The notes under the pieces: generated by a model
Told to the model about the DNA's origin: nothing
The model's database searches: none
What the model saw: the letters and a program-made list of their open reading frames with translations, nothing else
Part shown: one piece after another, positions 29,985-41,042 of the stretch
Layout of the letters: each line of letters opens with the position of its first letter
How positions within the stretch are numbered: the first letter of the stretch is position 1
Origin: Planctomycetota bacterium
GTDB lineage: Bacteria > Planctomycetota > UBA11346
Length of the DNA stretch: 64,000 nt
NCBI GenBank assembly: GCA_038213805.1
Contig: JBBQSO010000024.1
Span: forward strand, 1-64,000
Direction: 5' to 3'
Made by a program: the position numbers and the translations under genes

Positions 29985-30024
29985 GGCGCGTACCTTGGGC
30001 TGGTGGGTGTTCTTGACGATTCCC

Positions 30025-30041
30025 TGGCACGCTGCGTGCCA
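30025..30041. promoter_or_regulatory. Palindromic TGGCACGC-T-GCGTGCCA; GG-N10-GC on both strands
   Basis: Read directly. Confidence 0.6.
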
Positions 30042-30168
30042 AGCGCAACCCCTTGTCAGTGAGGAGATGCGCTGGCGTTCCGTGCAGCCTGCAGGACGCC
30101 GGCTGCGTCGCTGGTACGTTGCTGCAATGGCGGGCTTGCCTGCGCGGTTCGCGCCCGACACTTCCGCC

Positions 30169-31506
30169 ATGCCCAGCACCGCCATGATGTTCCGCTCCGC
30201 CGCCGAGCACCGCGCCTGGCTCGCCAGCCAGGCGACCCTGCCGCAGGGTTTCAGCGTCGGCACCACGCGCTTCGAGTTCGTGCCGGCCGAAGTCCACAAG
30301 CCGGCGCGCATGACGCTCACGCTCATCGCCCTCGACCGCCCGACCGACGCCTTCGCCCTCATGTTCACCCGCAACGCCTTTCCCGGTGCGCCGATCATCG
30401 TCGGCCGCCAGCGCCGCGACGAGCCGACCCTGGGCGCGATCGTGGTGAACAACAAGATCAGCAACGTCTGCGCCCCGGATGGCATCGGCACGGCCGAGCG
30501 CATCTGCGCCGCCGCGGCCGCCGCGATCAGCGCCGCCACCGGCCAGGCGCTGGCGCCGGAGCAGGTGCTGCCCAGCTCCACCGGGGTGATCGGCTGGCGC
30601 CTGCCGGTCGATCCGATCATCGCCGGGCTGCCCGCCGCCGCCACCGCGCTGCAGGCCGCCTCGATCCTGCCCGCCGCCGAGGGCATCGTCACCACCGACC
30701 TCTACCCCAAGATCCGCCGTGCTGCGGTCGGCAACGGCAGCATCGTCGGCATCGCCAAGGGCGCCGGCATGATCGAGCCGAACCTCGCGACCATGCTGGT
30801 CTACATCCTCACCGACTGCGACGTGCCGCGCGGCGAGCTGCGCGCCGCGCTCGCCGACGCGGTCGAGGGCAGCTTCAACGGCATGAGCATCGACTCCGAC
30901 ACCAGCACCTCGGACACCGTGGCGCTGCTGTCGTCGCGCGCCGTGCCGTGCCCGGACCTCGGCGCCTTCCGCGCCGCGCTGGCGCAGGTGTGCGCCGACC
31001 TCGCCGAGGACGTGGTGCGCAACGGCGAGGGCGTCCACCACGTCATCCGCGTGCGCGTCACCGGCGCGCCCGACCACGCCCTGGCGCGCGGCGTGGGCAA
31101 GGCGATCGTCAATTCGCCGCTGTTCCAGTGCGCGGTGTGCGGCAACGACCCGAACGTCGGCCGCCTGGTCGCCGCCATCGGCAAGCACGTCGGCGCGGTG
31201 CGCCCGGACCTCGACCTGCACCGCACCGTGCTGACCATGGGCGGCGCGACGATCTTCAGCGCCGGCGCCTTCCATCTCGATCCCGCGACCGAGAAGCTGC
31301 TGGTCGACCACCTGCGCTCCGCCGAGCTCTACGCCAGCACGCCGCCCGCCGACGGCGTGACCTTCAAGCCGCCGGTGTCGTGGCCGCCGCACGAGCGCGC
31401 CGTTGAGATCGGCGTCGATCTCGGCCTGGGCAACGTCGCGACCACGGTGATCGGCGGCGATCGCAGCCATGAATACATCAGCGAGAACGCGGACTACCGC
31501 AGTTGA
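30169..31506 (+). CDS. argJ: Ornithine acetyltransferase / bifunctional ArgJ
   Basis: SSTGVIG, KGAGMIEPNLATML (autocleavage Thr), DSDTSTSD, NGEG, DPNVGR, ENADYRS. Confidence 0.93.
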   Translation: MPSTAMMFRSAAEHRAWLASQATLPQGFSVGTTRFEFVPAEVHKPARMTLTLIALDRPTDAFALMFTRNAFPGAPIIVGRQRRDEPTLGAIVVNNKISNVCAPDGIGTAERICAAAAAAISAATGQALAPEQVLPSSTGVIGWRLPVDPIIAGLPAAATALQAASILPAAEGIVTTDLYPKIRRAAVGNGSIVGIAKGAGMIEPNLATMLVYILTDCDVPRGELRAALADAVEGSFNGMSIDSDTSTSDTVALLSSRAVPCPDLGAFRAALAQVCADLAEDVVRNGEGVHHVIRVRVTGAPDHALARGVGKAIVNSPLFQCAVCGNDPNVGRLVAAIGKHVGAVRPDLDLHRTVLTMGGATIFSAGAFHLDPATEKLLVDHLRSAELYASTPPADGVTFKPPVSWPPHERAVEIGVDLGLGNVATTVIGGDRSHEYISENADYRS

Positions 31507-31574
31507 ACGCGCCGCCGCGCTCGCCGATCCCCCAGCCGATCGTGCATCCCGTCCCTACCGTCCCGGAGTCCCTC

Positions 31575-32420
31575 ATGATCCGCCCCATCCTTGCCGCTTC
31601 CCTCGCCGCCATCCTGGCCTGCGCCACGGTTGCCTGCTCGCTCGCGGACGCTGATCGCCGGGTCAATTTCTATTCGCCGGCGGAAGAGGCGCAGATGGGT
31701 ACCGACGCGTACCATGACGTGCTCGCCAAAGGCAAGCGGTGCACGGATGCCGAAGCCAACGCCCTGGTCGCACGCGTCGGTCAGCGCCTCGCGGCGGTGG
31801 TCAAGACGGACCAGCAGTTCGCCTGGGAGTTCAATCTGCTCGAGTCCAGCGAGGTCAACGCCTTCTGCCTGCCCGGCGGCAAGGTCGCGGTCTACACCGG
31901 CATCCTGCCCTATTGCGAAAACGAGGCGGCGCTTGCCGCGGTGATGGGCCATGAGATCGGCCACGCCGTCGCCCGCCATGGCGGCCGGCGCATGACCCAG
32001 GGTGTCATCATGAGCGGTCTGGAGACCACTCTCGGCGAGGTGCTCAAGGCCAAGGGTGTCAGCGAGACCAACGCAAATCTCAGCCTCGCCGCCTTCGGCG
32101 GGCTGAGCCAGGTCGGCGTGATGCTGCCGTTCAGCCGCACGCACGAGTCCGAGGCCGACGCCATGGGCCTCGAGTACATGGCCCAAGCCGGCTACGACCC
32201 GCAGGAGGCGGTGCGCTTCTGGCAGCGCTTCGCCAAGCTCGGCTCCAGCGGCCCGGCCTTCCTCAGCACCCACCCGCAATCCGGCGATCGGGCGCAGAAA
32301 CTGGGCGAACTGATGCCCAAGGCCGTGGCGGAATACCAGGCCGCGCCGACGAAGTCCGGCATCGGCGCCCAGGTCCCCGCCCGTTACCGCACGGTACCCG
32401 CTCCCGCTCCGGCGAAGTAG
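31575..32420 (+). CDS. M48 family metallopeptidase
   Basis: NAFCLPGGK, HEIGH, FSRTHESEAD, STHP. Confidence 0.93.
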   Translation: MIRPILAASLAAILACATVACSLADADRRVNFYSPAEEAQMGTDAYHDVLAKGKRCTDAEANALVARVGQRLAAVVKTDQQFAWEFNLLESSEVNAFCLPGGKVAVYTGILPYCENEAALAAVMGHEIGHAVARHGGRRMTQGVIMSGLETTLGEVLKAKGVSETNANLSLAAFGGLSQVGVMLPFSRTHESEADAMGLEYMAQAGYDPQEAVRFWQRFAKLGSSGPAFLSTHPQSGDRAQKLGELMPKAVAEYQAAPTKSGIGAQVPARYRTVPAPAPAK

Positions 32421-32588
32421 CGATTCATGGTGTATCGGCGGATTGCGTCCGTCGAGTCGCCGAGCCTGGTCACCGGGATCGGGAAGTTGGACGGAGCAGC
32501 GGAGCCCAGTCGGACTCGTTCCCGGAGGCCCGACTCCGCTCCGCGCTTCCTTGGCGCCTTGGCGGTTAAAATCCGCAGGACAGCCGAA

Positions 32589-34043
32589 TCACAGCTTGCG
32601 CAGCTGCTCTCCGAGCTCGAGGAACTCGCGCGGCAGGCGCGACTGCACATCCAGGTCCGGACCGCCCGCGGGGTGCGGCAACTGCACGCGCGAGGCATGC
32701 AGCAGCTGGCGCATGGCGTGCACCGGGTCGCGGCGGTCGCCATAGAGGCGGTCGCCGTAGAGCGGGAAGCCCAGTTCGCTGAAATGCAGGCGGATCTGGT
32801 GGTGGCGGCCGGTCTTCGGCTCGACGCGGATGAGGCTGCCGTAGGTGCCGAGACGCTCCTCGACCGTCCAGGTGGTGACTGCCTCGCGCGCGTCGGCGCC
32901 GCGACCGCTCTTCCACTTTTCGAAGCCCTGACGGCTCTCGACTTTGACCAGGTAGCTGCGGTGCGAGCCGGTTTCGCGCGGGTGGCCGCGCACAATGGCG
33001 TGGTAGGTCTTGCGCACCTGGTGGTCGCGGAACAGCACCTCCATCTTCTTGGCGAGATCCTCGTTGCGCGTGAACAGCACCACGCCCGAGGTGTCGGCGT
33101 CGAGGCGGTGCACCGGGAAGATCGCGCCCAGTTCGGCCTTGAGGATGTCGAGCAAGCTCCAGCTCTTCGGTCCATCGGTGGGCGTGACCGGCAGGAACGG
33201 CGGCTTGTCGTAGGCGAGCACGCCGACGTCGTCGAGCAGGATGCGCTTGCGGTCGAAGTGGTGCTCGCGCTCCTCGGGCAGGAAGAACTCGACCACCTCG
33301 CCGCGCTTGAGCAGGCGGCTGCCGTAGGTCTCGACGCGGCCATCGATGCGGCAGCAGCCGTTCTCGAGGTGGCGCCGTGCTGCGCGCACCGAGAGCTTGC
33401 CGCGGCTGTGCTGGACCAGGAAGTGGCCGAGGTCCATGCCGACCTCGGTGCGGATGGTGCGCGCGCCGGGACCGGGCGTCCAGATCGCGCCTTTGATCTC
33501 GGCCGGCGGCCGCCACGGCGTGGCGCGGCGCACCGGTTTTGCGGCGTGGCGGTCCGCCCTGGGGGCGGCGGGCGCGTCCGCGTCCGCCTCGGGCCGCGCG
33601 GTATCGAGGAGGCGCTTGGGCGGTCCGCCGGCGCGTCCGCGGCCCTCGCGCGGGGGCTTGCCGCCAGCGCCACCGCGTTGCGGCCGTTCACCGCTGCGCG
33701 GCGGCCGACCGCCATCGGCACGCTGTGGACGCTCGCCGGGGCGGGGCGCGCGGGCGCCGTCACCACGCGGTGGCCGCGCACCAGCGCGCGCGGGTCGCGC
33801 ACCCTCGGCGCGCTGCGGACGGCCTTCGCCGCCACTGCGGGCGGGCCGTTCGCTGCCGCCGCGCTGCGGACGGCCTTCGCCGGCACTGCGAGGGGGCCGC
33901 TCGCCGCCGCCGCGTTGCGGACGACCTTCGCCACCACTCCGGGCCGGGCGCTCGCCGCCGGCTCCGCGGCCCTTACCACCATGCTTCCCGCCGCGATCGG
34001 ACGATGAGGGACTGCGCGGGCGGGAAGGGGGGCGGGGAGACAT
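32589..34043 (-). CDS. RluA-family RNA pseudouridine synthase with long R/G/P-rich N-terminal extension and S4-like domain
   Basis: DKP, HRLDADTSG, KTY, TGRHHQIRLH, GDRLYG, LHA. Confidence 0.9.
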   Translation of the reverse strand: MSPRPPSRPRSPSSSDRGGKHGGKGRGAGGERPARSGGEGRPQRGGGERPPRSAGEGRPQRGGSERPARSGGEGRPQRAEGARPARAGARPPRGDGARAPRPGERPQRADGGRPPRSGERPQRGGAGGKPPREGRGRAGGPPKRLLDTARPEADADAPAAPRADRHAAKPVRRATPWRPPAEIKGAIWTPGPGARTIRTEVGMDLGHFLVQHSRGKLSVRAARRHLENGCCRIDGRVETYGSRLLKRGEVVEFFLPEEREHHFDRKRILLDDVGVLAYDKPPFLPVTPTDGPKSWSLLDILKAELGAIFPVHRLDADTSGVVLFTRNEDLAKKMEVLFRDHQVRKTYHAIVRGHPRETGSHRSYLVKVESRQGFEKWKSGRGADAREAVTTWTVEERLGTYGSLIRVEPKTGRHHQIRLHFSELGFPLYGDRLYGDRRDPVHAMRQLLHASRVQLPHPAGGPDLDVQSRLPREFLELGEQLRKL

Positions 34044-34245
34044 GGTCGGACCTTGGGTGCAGGCGCGCGTACCGCGCCGGAACGGGACCATACGCCGGGG
34101 TTGTCTGGGGCAAAGCGGCGAAGCCGCTCGTCGCCGCAGCGCGCGCCTGGTCGCGACCGGCCGGCGTGCCGCTGCGCGGCGGTGCGCGCGCCGCGTCCGC
34201 CCTTCTCGCTTCTCCCCCCGCCGGGCGGGGCGAGCATCGCAGGCC

Positions 34246-35148
34246 ATGCCCGATCTCGACGCCGTCCAGGCGCAGCGCGATTTCCTCGCCTATTGCCGGC
34301 TCGAGCTCGGGCTGTCGGCCAACACCCTGGTCTCCTACGGCCTGGACCTGGACAAGCTGCGCCTGGCGCTGGGCACCCTCGGGCTCGAACTGGCGACATG
34401 CGGACCGGATGAGGTCGGCACGGTGCTGGCGTGGCTGCGCGACGAGCGCGCGAATGCGCCCGCGACCCTGGTGCGCCTGCTGGTCACTTGGCGCATGTTC
34501 GCGCGCTATCTGGCCATGGAGCGCCTGATTCCGCGCGACCGCATCCAGCTCGCGCAGATGCCGGCGCTGTGGAACGAGCTGCCGCGCGTGCTCTCCGCCG
34601 ATGAGGTCGTCGAGCTGCTCGCCGCGGCCAAGCCCGGCCCGCTGTACATGCGCGACCGCCTCGCCCTGGAGCTGCTCTACGCCTCCGGCGGCCGCGCCAG
34701 CGAGGTGGTCGGCATCGGGCTCGCCGACTTCCAGTCCGGCGCCGCCCTGGTCAAGCTGCACGGCAAGGGCAACAAGGAGCGCATGGTGCCGCTCGGCGCC
34801 CAGGCGCGCGGCTGCCTGCGCCGCTACCTCGCCGACCTCCGCCCGCAGCTCGCCCGCACGCCGACCGAAGACCGCCTGCTGCTCTCGGCGCGCGGTCGCC
34901 CACTCACCCGCCAGAGCCTGTGGGCCCTGGTCAAGGATGCCGGCCGCCGCGCCGGCCTCGACCAGGAGGTCTTCACCCATCTGCTGCGCCACAGCTTCGC
35001 CACCCACCTGATCGAGAACGGCGCCGACCTGCGCGCCGTGCAGGAGCTGCTCGGGCACGCCAACCTGACCACCACCCAGCGCTACACCCACGTCGATGCC
35101 AAACGGCTCATCGAGGTGCACCGGCGCTTCCATCCCCGCTCGCGGTAG
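34246..35148 (+). CDS. xerD: Tyrosine recombinase XerD
   Basis: LSANTLVSY, SGGRASE, GKGNKER, HLLRHSFATHL, LLGH, TTQRYTHV. Confidence 0.85.
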   Translation: MPDLDAVQAQRDFLAYCRLELGLSANTLVSYGLDLDKLRLALGTLGLELATCGPDEVGTVLAWLRDERANAPATLVRLLVTWRMFARYLAMERLIPRDRIQLAQMPALWNELPRVLSADEVVELLAAAKPGPLYMRDRLALELLYASGGRASEVVGIGLADFQSGAALVKLHGKGNKERMVPLGAQARGCLRRYLADLRPQLARTPTEDRLLLSARGRPLTRQSLWALVKDAGRRAGLDQEVFTHLLRHSFATHLIENGADLRAVQELLGHANLTTTQRYTHVDAKRLIEVHRRFHPRSR

Positions 35149-35250
35149 CCGCCAGGGGTCTTCCCGCGCTCACTGCTCGCGCGCCACTCCTGCGTGCCCT
35201 TCCCGCGTGGCCCTCCCGCGCGCGCCATTCCGGAGGTACAGTACCGGCAC

Positions 35251-37545
35251 ATGGAAGAGCCACGCCTCGTCCGCCTCGCCCTGGAACACCGCTTCATCAC
35301 CCCGGAGCAGGTGGAGCAGGCCACGGTTCAGCAGCGCGAGCTCGCCGACCGCGGGCTCGAGCACTCCGTGTGGTTCCTGCTCCAGGACCTCGGGTTCATC
35401 AGCGATGCGCAGATCCGCGAGCTGCGCAAGCACATGAGCTCCTCCGGCATCCGCGCGCTCGAGGTCGAGGGCTACGTCCTGCAGGGGCGCATCGGCAGCG
35501 GCGGCATGGGCGACGTGTTCCGCGCTGAGAACGCCGCGAAGGAGCGCGTCGCGGTCAAGCTGCTGGCCAGCAAATTCGCGCGCAACGAGGAGCACGGCCG
35601 GCGCTTCCAGCGCGAGGCGCGCGCCGGCATGCGCCTGCTCCATCCGCACATCACGCGCTCGCTGAGCGCCGGCGACAGCGATGGCCAGCGCTACCTGATC
35701 ATGGAGCTGGTTGAAGGCACCAGCCTCAAGCAGCGCCTGCTCGATCACGGGCGCATGCCCGAGGCCGACCTCATCGCGCTGCTCTGGCAGATGGCCAGCG
35801 CGTTGTCCTATGCCTGGGGCCACGGCGTGCTGCACCGCGACGTCAAGCCGGCCAACCTGATGCTCGCCCCGCCCCGGCCCGGCGTGGCCGAACCGTTCTG
35901 CGCCAAGGTCTGCGACTTCGGCCTGGCCAAGGTCCTGCAGGGCGGCGCGGACGAGCCCGAGAGCCACGGCCAGCTGACCGGCACCGGCATGGCCCTGGGC
36001 ACGCCGCATTACATGGCGCCGGAGCAGGCCTCGGGCGAGCAGGACCTCGACCAGCGTGCCGACATCTACAGCCTCGGCGCCTCGGCCTACCACGCCCTGC
36101 TCGGGCAGACCATGCACAGCGGCAAGAGCTCGACGGTGATCATGTACAAGCAGGTCACGGAGAGCGCCGACCTCAAGCCGCTGCGCGAAGCCGGGATCAC
36201 GCCCGCCCTGATCAAGCTGCTCGCGCGCATGCTCGACAAGGACCGCAAACGCCGCTTCGCCACCTGGGACGAGGTCCTCACCGGGCTCGCCCAGCTCGCC
36301 CCGGCCATCGCCGGCGCCCAGCAGGCCGCCCTGGGCGCCGGCTTGGCCGCCATGCCGCCGCGGCCTGCGGGCAGCAGCCGCCTGCAGGCCGTCACCGCGT
36401 CCGAGGTGATGCCGAGCGCCGCCGAGCCGGTGACCGGCGCGCTCGAGAGCCGTCGCCCCGGCACGCCGCCGGCGATGCCTGCGGCGCAGCGGGCGGCAAA
36501 TCCGATGGCCCGTCTTGACCCCTACCAGGCGACCCCGGCACGCGGTGGCCGGCGCGGCCGGCTGCTGCTGGTCGGGGCCGTCCTCCTGGTGGTGGCTGGC
36601 GCGGGCGCCGGTGCGGCCATCGCCCTGCACGCCGCGCCCCGCGCCGCCTCCGGGCCGCGCAGCGTCGCCGCCACCCCGGCCGATTTCAGCGCGCTGCTCG
36701 CCCAGGCCGCGGCGGAGCGGCCCGACCACCACGCGGTGGAGTTGGTGCTGGCGCCGGGCGACTACCCGGGGCCGTGGCGCTTTGGCGTCGCGCACAGCGG
36801 CCTGACGGTGCGCGCCGGCGGCCATGGCGTGCGCGTGATCGGGCCCGGCCTGGGCGCCGACACCGCGCTGGTGCGGCTCGAACCCGGTCTGACCGGCTTC
36901 CGCCTCGCCGGCATCGAGCTCGCCGAAGCCCCCGGCACGGCCCTTGAGGCGCTGGTTTCAGCGCGCGCCGAGATCGCCGACTGCTCGACCGCGGCGCCCA
37001 TCGCCCTGAGCGGCGCGCAGCTGCACTTCACCAACCTGCGCGCCACCGGCGGCATGCTGGTCGAGAATCAGGCGCGCCTGCGCCTCGACGACAGCCTGCT
37101 CTCCGGTCCCACCGCCCTGGTCCTGCGCGATGGTCATGCTGAAGTGCACCAGAGCTGGCTGTGTGGCACCGGCGGCACGGCCGGCACGGTGGTCGGCGCC
37201 GCGGCCGGCAGCATCGATCTCGATGCCGTCGTCATCACCGCGCGCTGGCCCGGCGAGGCCGGCACCGGCCTGGCTCTTGGGGCGCACGTCAGCGCCACTC
37301 TCCATGATGTCGCCATCGACCACCTCGCCATCGGCATCACGGTCGACCGCGCCGAACTCACCGCCATCGACGGCCTGACCATCACCGCCAGCGCCACCGG
37401 CCTGCACTGGAGCGGTCCGCGCGGTGACGGCTGGCACTGGGAACGCCTCCTCCTGCAGGCGCCCGAACCCTTGCATGGCCTCAGTCAGCTGGCCATCACC
37501 GGGCAGGGCGCCCGCTCCGAACGGCTGGTCATGCTGCCGCAGTAG
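35251..37545 (+). CDS. Membrane Ser/Thr protein kinase with extracytoplasmic beta-helix-like domain
   Basis: GSGGMGDV, VAVK, HRDVKPAN, DFG, YMAPE; TM; LAPGDY followed by repetitive beta strands. Confidence 0.9.
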   Translation: MEEPRLVRLALEHRFITPEQVEQATVQQRELADRGLEHSVWFLLQDLGFISDAQIRELRKHMSSSGIRALEVEGYVLQGRIGSGGMGDVFRAENAAKERVAVKLLASKFARNEEHGRRFQREARAGMRLLHPHITRSLSAGDSDGQRYLIMELVEGTSLKQRLLDHGRMPEADLIALLWQMASALSYAWGHGVLHRDVKPANLMLAPPRPGVAEPFCAKVCDFGLAKVLQGGADEPESHGQLTGTGMALGTPHYMAPEQASGEQDLDQRADIYSLGASAYHALLGQTMHSGKSSTVIMYKQVTESADLKPLREAGITPALIKLLARMLDKDRKRRFATWDEVLTGLAQLAPAIAGAQQAALGAGLAAMPPRPAGSSRLQAVTASEVMPSAAEPVTGALESRRPGTPPAMPAAQRAANPMARLDPYQATPARGGRRGRLLLVGAVLLVVAGAGAGAAIALHAAPRAASGPRSVAATPADFSALLAQAAAERPDHHAVELVLAPGDYPGPWRFGVAHSGLTVRAGGHGVRVIGPGLGADTALVRLEPGLTGFRLAGIELAEAPGTALEALVSARAEIADCSTAAPIALSGAQLHFTNLRATGGMLVENQARLRLDDSLLSGPTALVLRDGHAEVHQSWLCGTGGTAGTVVGAAAGSIDLDAVVITARWPGEAGTGLALGAHVSATLHDVAIDHLAIGITVDRAELTAIDGLTITASATGLHWSGPRGDGWHWERLLLQAPEPLHGLSQLAITGQGARSERLVMLPQ

Positions 37546-37643
37546 CAGGGGGCCGGCGCCCAGCGCCCACAGCCCCGCGCCGCGATTGCGGCATCCGGGT
37601 TTCCGGGGTATGCCAACGGTGAACTCTCGCCGCACGGAAGCCC

Positions 37644-39104
<1,461 letters not shown>

Positions 39105-39127
39105 GACCGGGCGCTGCGCGCGCCGGC

Positions 39128-39263
39128 TGCTGATGGCTGATGGCTGATGGTCGATGGTTCGTTTTCCCAGGTACTTAGGGAAATCCGGACCCATCCAGCT
39201 CCCAGCAAACACCTCCACTGCAAAGGCTGTCGGTAGTCAGCCATCAGCCATCAGCCATCAGCC
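39128..39263. repeat. Inverted pair of heptamer arrays (GCTGATG)n ... (CAGCCAT)n
   Basis: Read directly. Confidence 0.85.
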
Positions 39264-39357
39264 CTGCCCCCAATCCTATGGTATAGTCCCGGGCCATGCC
39301 CCTGCATCGTCAGTCGCGACCCTGCCTGCCGTCCGCTCCCCGCCCGGGGCGCGCCGC

Positions 39358-40050
39358 GTGAGCGATCCCGCCCAGCTGCGCGACCACGACGCCCTGACCG
39401 CCGAGGTCGAGCGCCTGCGCCCGCTGGCCGAGATGGGGCGCATGGCCGCGACCGTGGCCCACGAGATCCGCAATCCCCTGGCCGGCATCAGTGCCAATGC
39501 CGAACTGCTGCGCGAGGCGGTCACCGACGACGGCGACGCCGAGAGCGTCGACATCATCCTCGCCGAGGTCGAGCGCCTTGGCCACCTGGTCACCGACCTG
39601 CTCTATTACAGCCGCGAGCGCGAGCCGGAGCGCAAACCGCTCGACCTCTCGTGGGTGGCGCGCACCACCTGCGAACTGTCGCAGTCCGATGCGGAAAAAG
39701 CCGGCGTGACGCTGTCATGGAAGGGCAGCGGCCGCGCCATGGGCGATGGCGAGCTCAGCCGCCAGGCGCTGCTCAACGTCGTGCGCAACGCCGTGCAGGC
39801 CTGCCGCGAGGGCGGCAGCGTGACCATCACCGTGTCCCAGGGCGGCATGCACGTCCGCGACACCGGCAGCGGCGTCCCCGAGATCCTGCGCGAGCGCATG
39901 TTCGAGCCCTTCATCACCGGCAAGACCCGCGGCCTGGGCCTGGGCGCCACCGTCGCCCGGCGCTGCCAGCGCCGCCAGCTCGGCGAGCTCGCCCTGGTCG
40001 CGACCTCGGGGGCAGGCAGCGAGTTCCAACTTACCTGGCCGATGGATTGA
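39358..40050 (+). CDS. Histidine kinase (NtrB-like HisKA-HATPase) without a sensor domain
   Basis: AHEIRNPL, NVVRNA, DTGSG, FEPF, GLGLG; GTG start inferred. Confidence 0.85.
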   Translation: MSDPAQLRDHDALTAEVERLRPLAEMGRMAATVAHEIRNPLAGISANAELLREAVTDDGDAESVDIILAEVERLGHLVTDLLYYSREREPERKPLDLSWVARTTCELSQSDAEKAGVTLSWKGSGRAMGDGELSRQALLNVVRNAVQACREGGSVTITVSQGGMHVRDTGSGVPEILRERMFEPFITGKTRGLGLGATVARRCQRRQLGELALVATSGAGSEFQLTWPMD

Positions 40051-40397
40051 TGCCTGCGGCCACGATTTTCGCCAACGGCGTGGTCAGCGCAGAGCGGGAG
40101 GCGGGCAGGGGTGGCCGGACGGCATTCTGAGACGCGAATGGTGAGACCCGAGACCGTCGGCTGTCGCCCCAATGACGCCACCTCGCTGACCGCCGATCAT
40201 ATATCCCGTGGCGGGTCGCGCCGCACGATTATATCATAAGTTACTATAAAAACTATATTTATGACACTAATTGCCGATTCGGACTTGCTGATCTGCCAGG
40301 CGTAGAACAACCGCAAACGGCTTGTACGCGGGGCTCCGGGCGCCAGCCTGCGGCGAACGTTCCCGCAGCGGGACGGTCCGTCCGCGCCGGTCACGGC

Positions 40398-41042
40398 ATG
40401 GGGACTTCTCCCGACATGCCGCCCGCGCCCGGACCATTCCCTCCTACCATGACCACCAGCACCAGCGAGCCGCCCGTCGACATGGCCACCCCACCGGGTG
40501 GCGATGCGGCGCGCCGTGACGAGGTGGTCAAGACCGCCTTCAAGTACCGCGATGCGCTGCTCGGCTATGCGTATTCGATGCTGCGCAGCTGGACCCTCGC
40601 CGAGGACGTGGTGCAGGAGTCCTTCCTGGTGGTGATGAACAAGTGGCAGGACCTCAAGGACGACGCCGGCATCTTCCTGTGGGTCCGCCAGATCGTGCAC
40701 TTCAAGACCCTTGAGGCGATCCGCGCGCGCGGCCGCGAGACCATGCTTCCCGACGAGGAGCTGCTCGGCCTGGTCGAGAAGGCGGTCAGCGAGAACCTCG
40801 ACGAGGCCATGGCCGAGCGGCAGCGCGTGCTCGGCGTGTCGCTGCGCGAGTGCATGTCGCGCCTCAACCGCTTCTCGGTCAGCCTGCTCGCCGGCTTCTA
40901 CTGGCGCCAGGAATCCTGCGAGGCCCTCGCCGAGGAGCACGGCCGCAGCATCAATGCGGTGCGCCTGATGCTGTCGCGCCTGCGCGAGAAGCTGCGCACC
41001 TGCCTGAGCAAGCGTCTCCAGCAGCAAGGGGTGCGCCCGTGA
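40398..41042 (+). CDS. ECF sigma-70 factor (Rhodopirellula/Verrucomicrobium type)
   Basis: AEDVVQESF, W(VRQ), LRECMSRL, SINAVRLMLSRLREKLRTC; start may be 40449 or 40482. Confidence 0.9.
   Translation: MGTSPDMPPAPGPFPPTMTTSTSEPPVDMATPPGGDAARRDEVVKTAFKYRDALLGYAYSMLRSWTLAEDVVQESFLVVMNKWQDLKDDAGIFLWVRQIVHFKTLEAIRARGRETMLPDEELLGLVEKAVSENLDEAMAERQRVLGVSLRECMSRLNRFSVSLLAGFYWRQESCEALAEEHGRSINAVRLMLSRLREKLRTCLSKRLQQQGVRP

Noticed and set aside
32540..32575. CTTGGCGCCTTGGCGGTTAAAAT short repeat resembling GxxExxY-associated palindromes
   Set aside because: Single half-site in the window; no partner arm or associated gene visible
34246..35148. Tyrosine recombinase as a prophage or island integrase
   Set aside because: Size and motifs match housekeeping XerD; no att sites or phage genes nearby
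40225..40270. Possible dif site
   Set aside because: CATAA and TTATG arms are 19 bp apart, not the 6-bp spacer of dif
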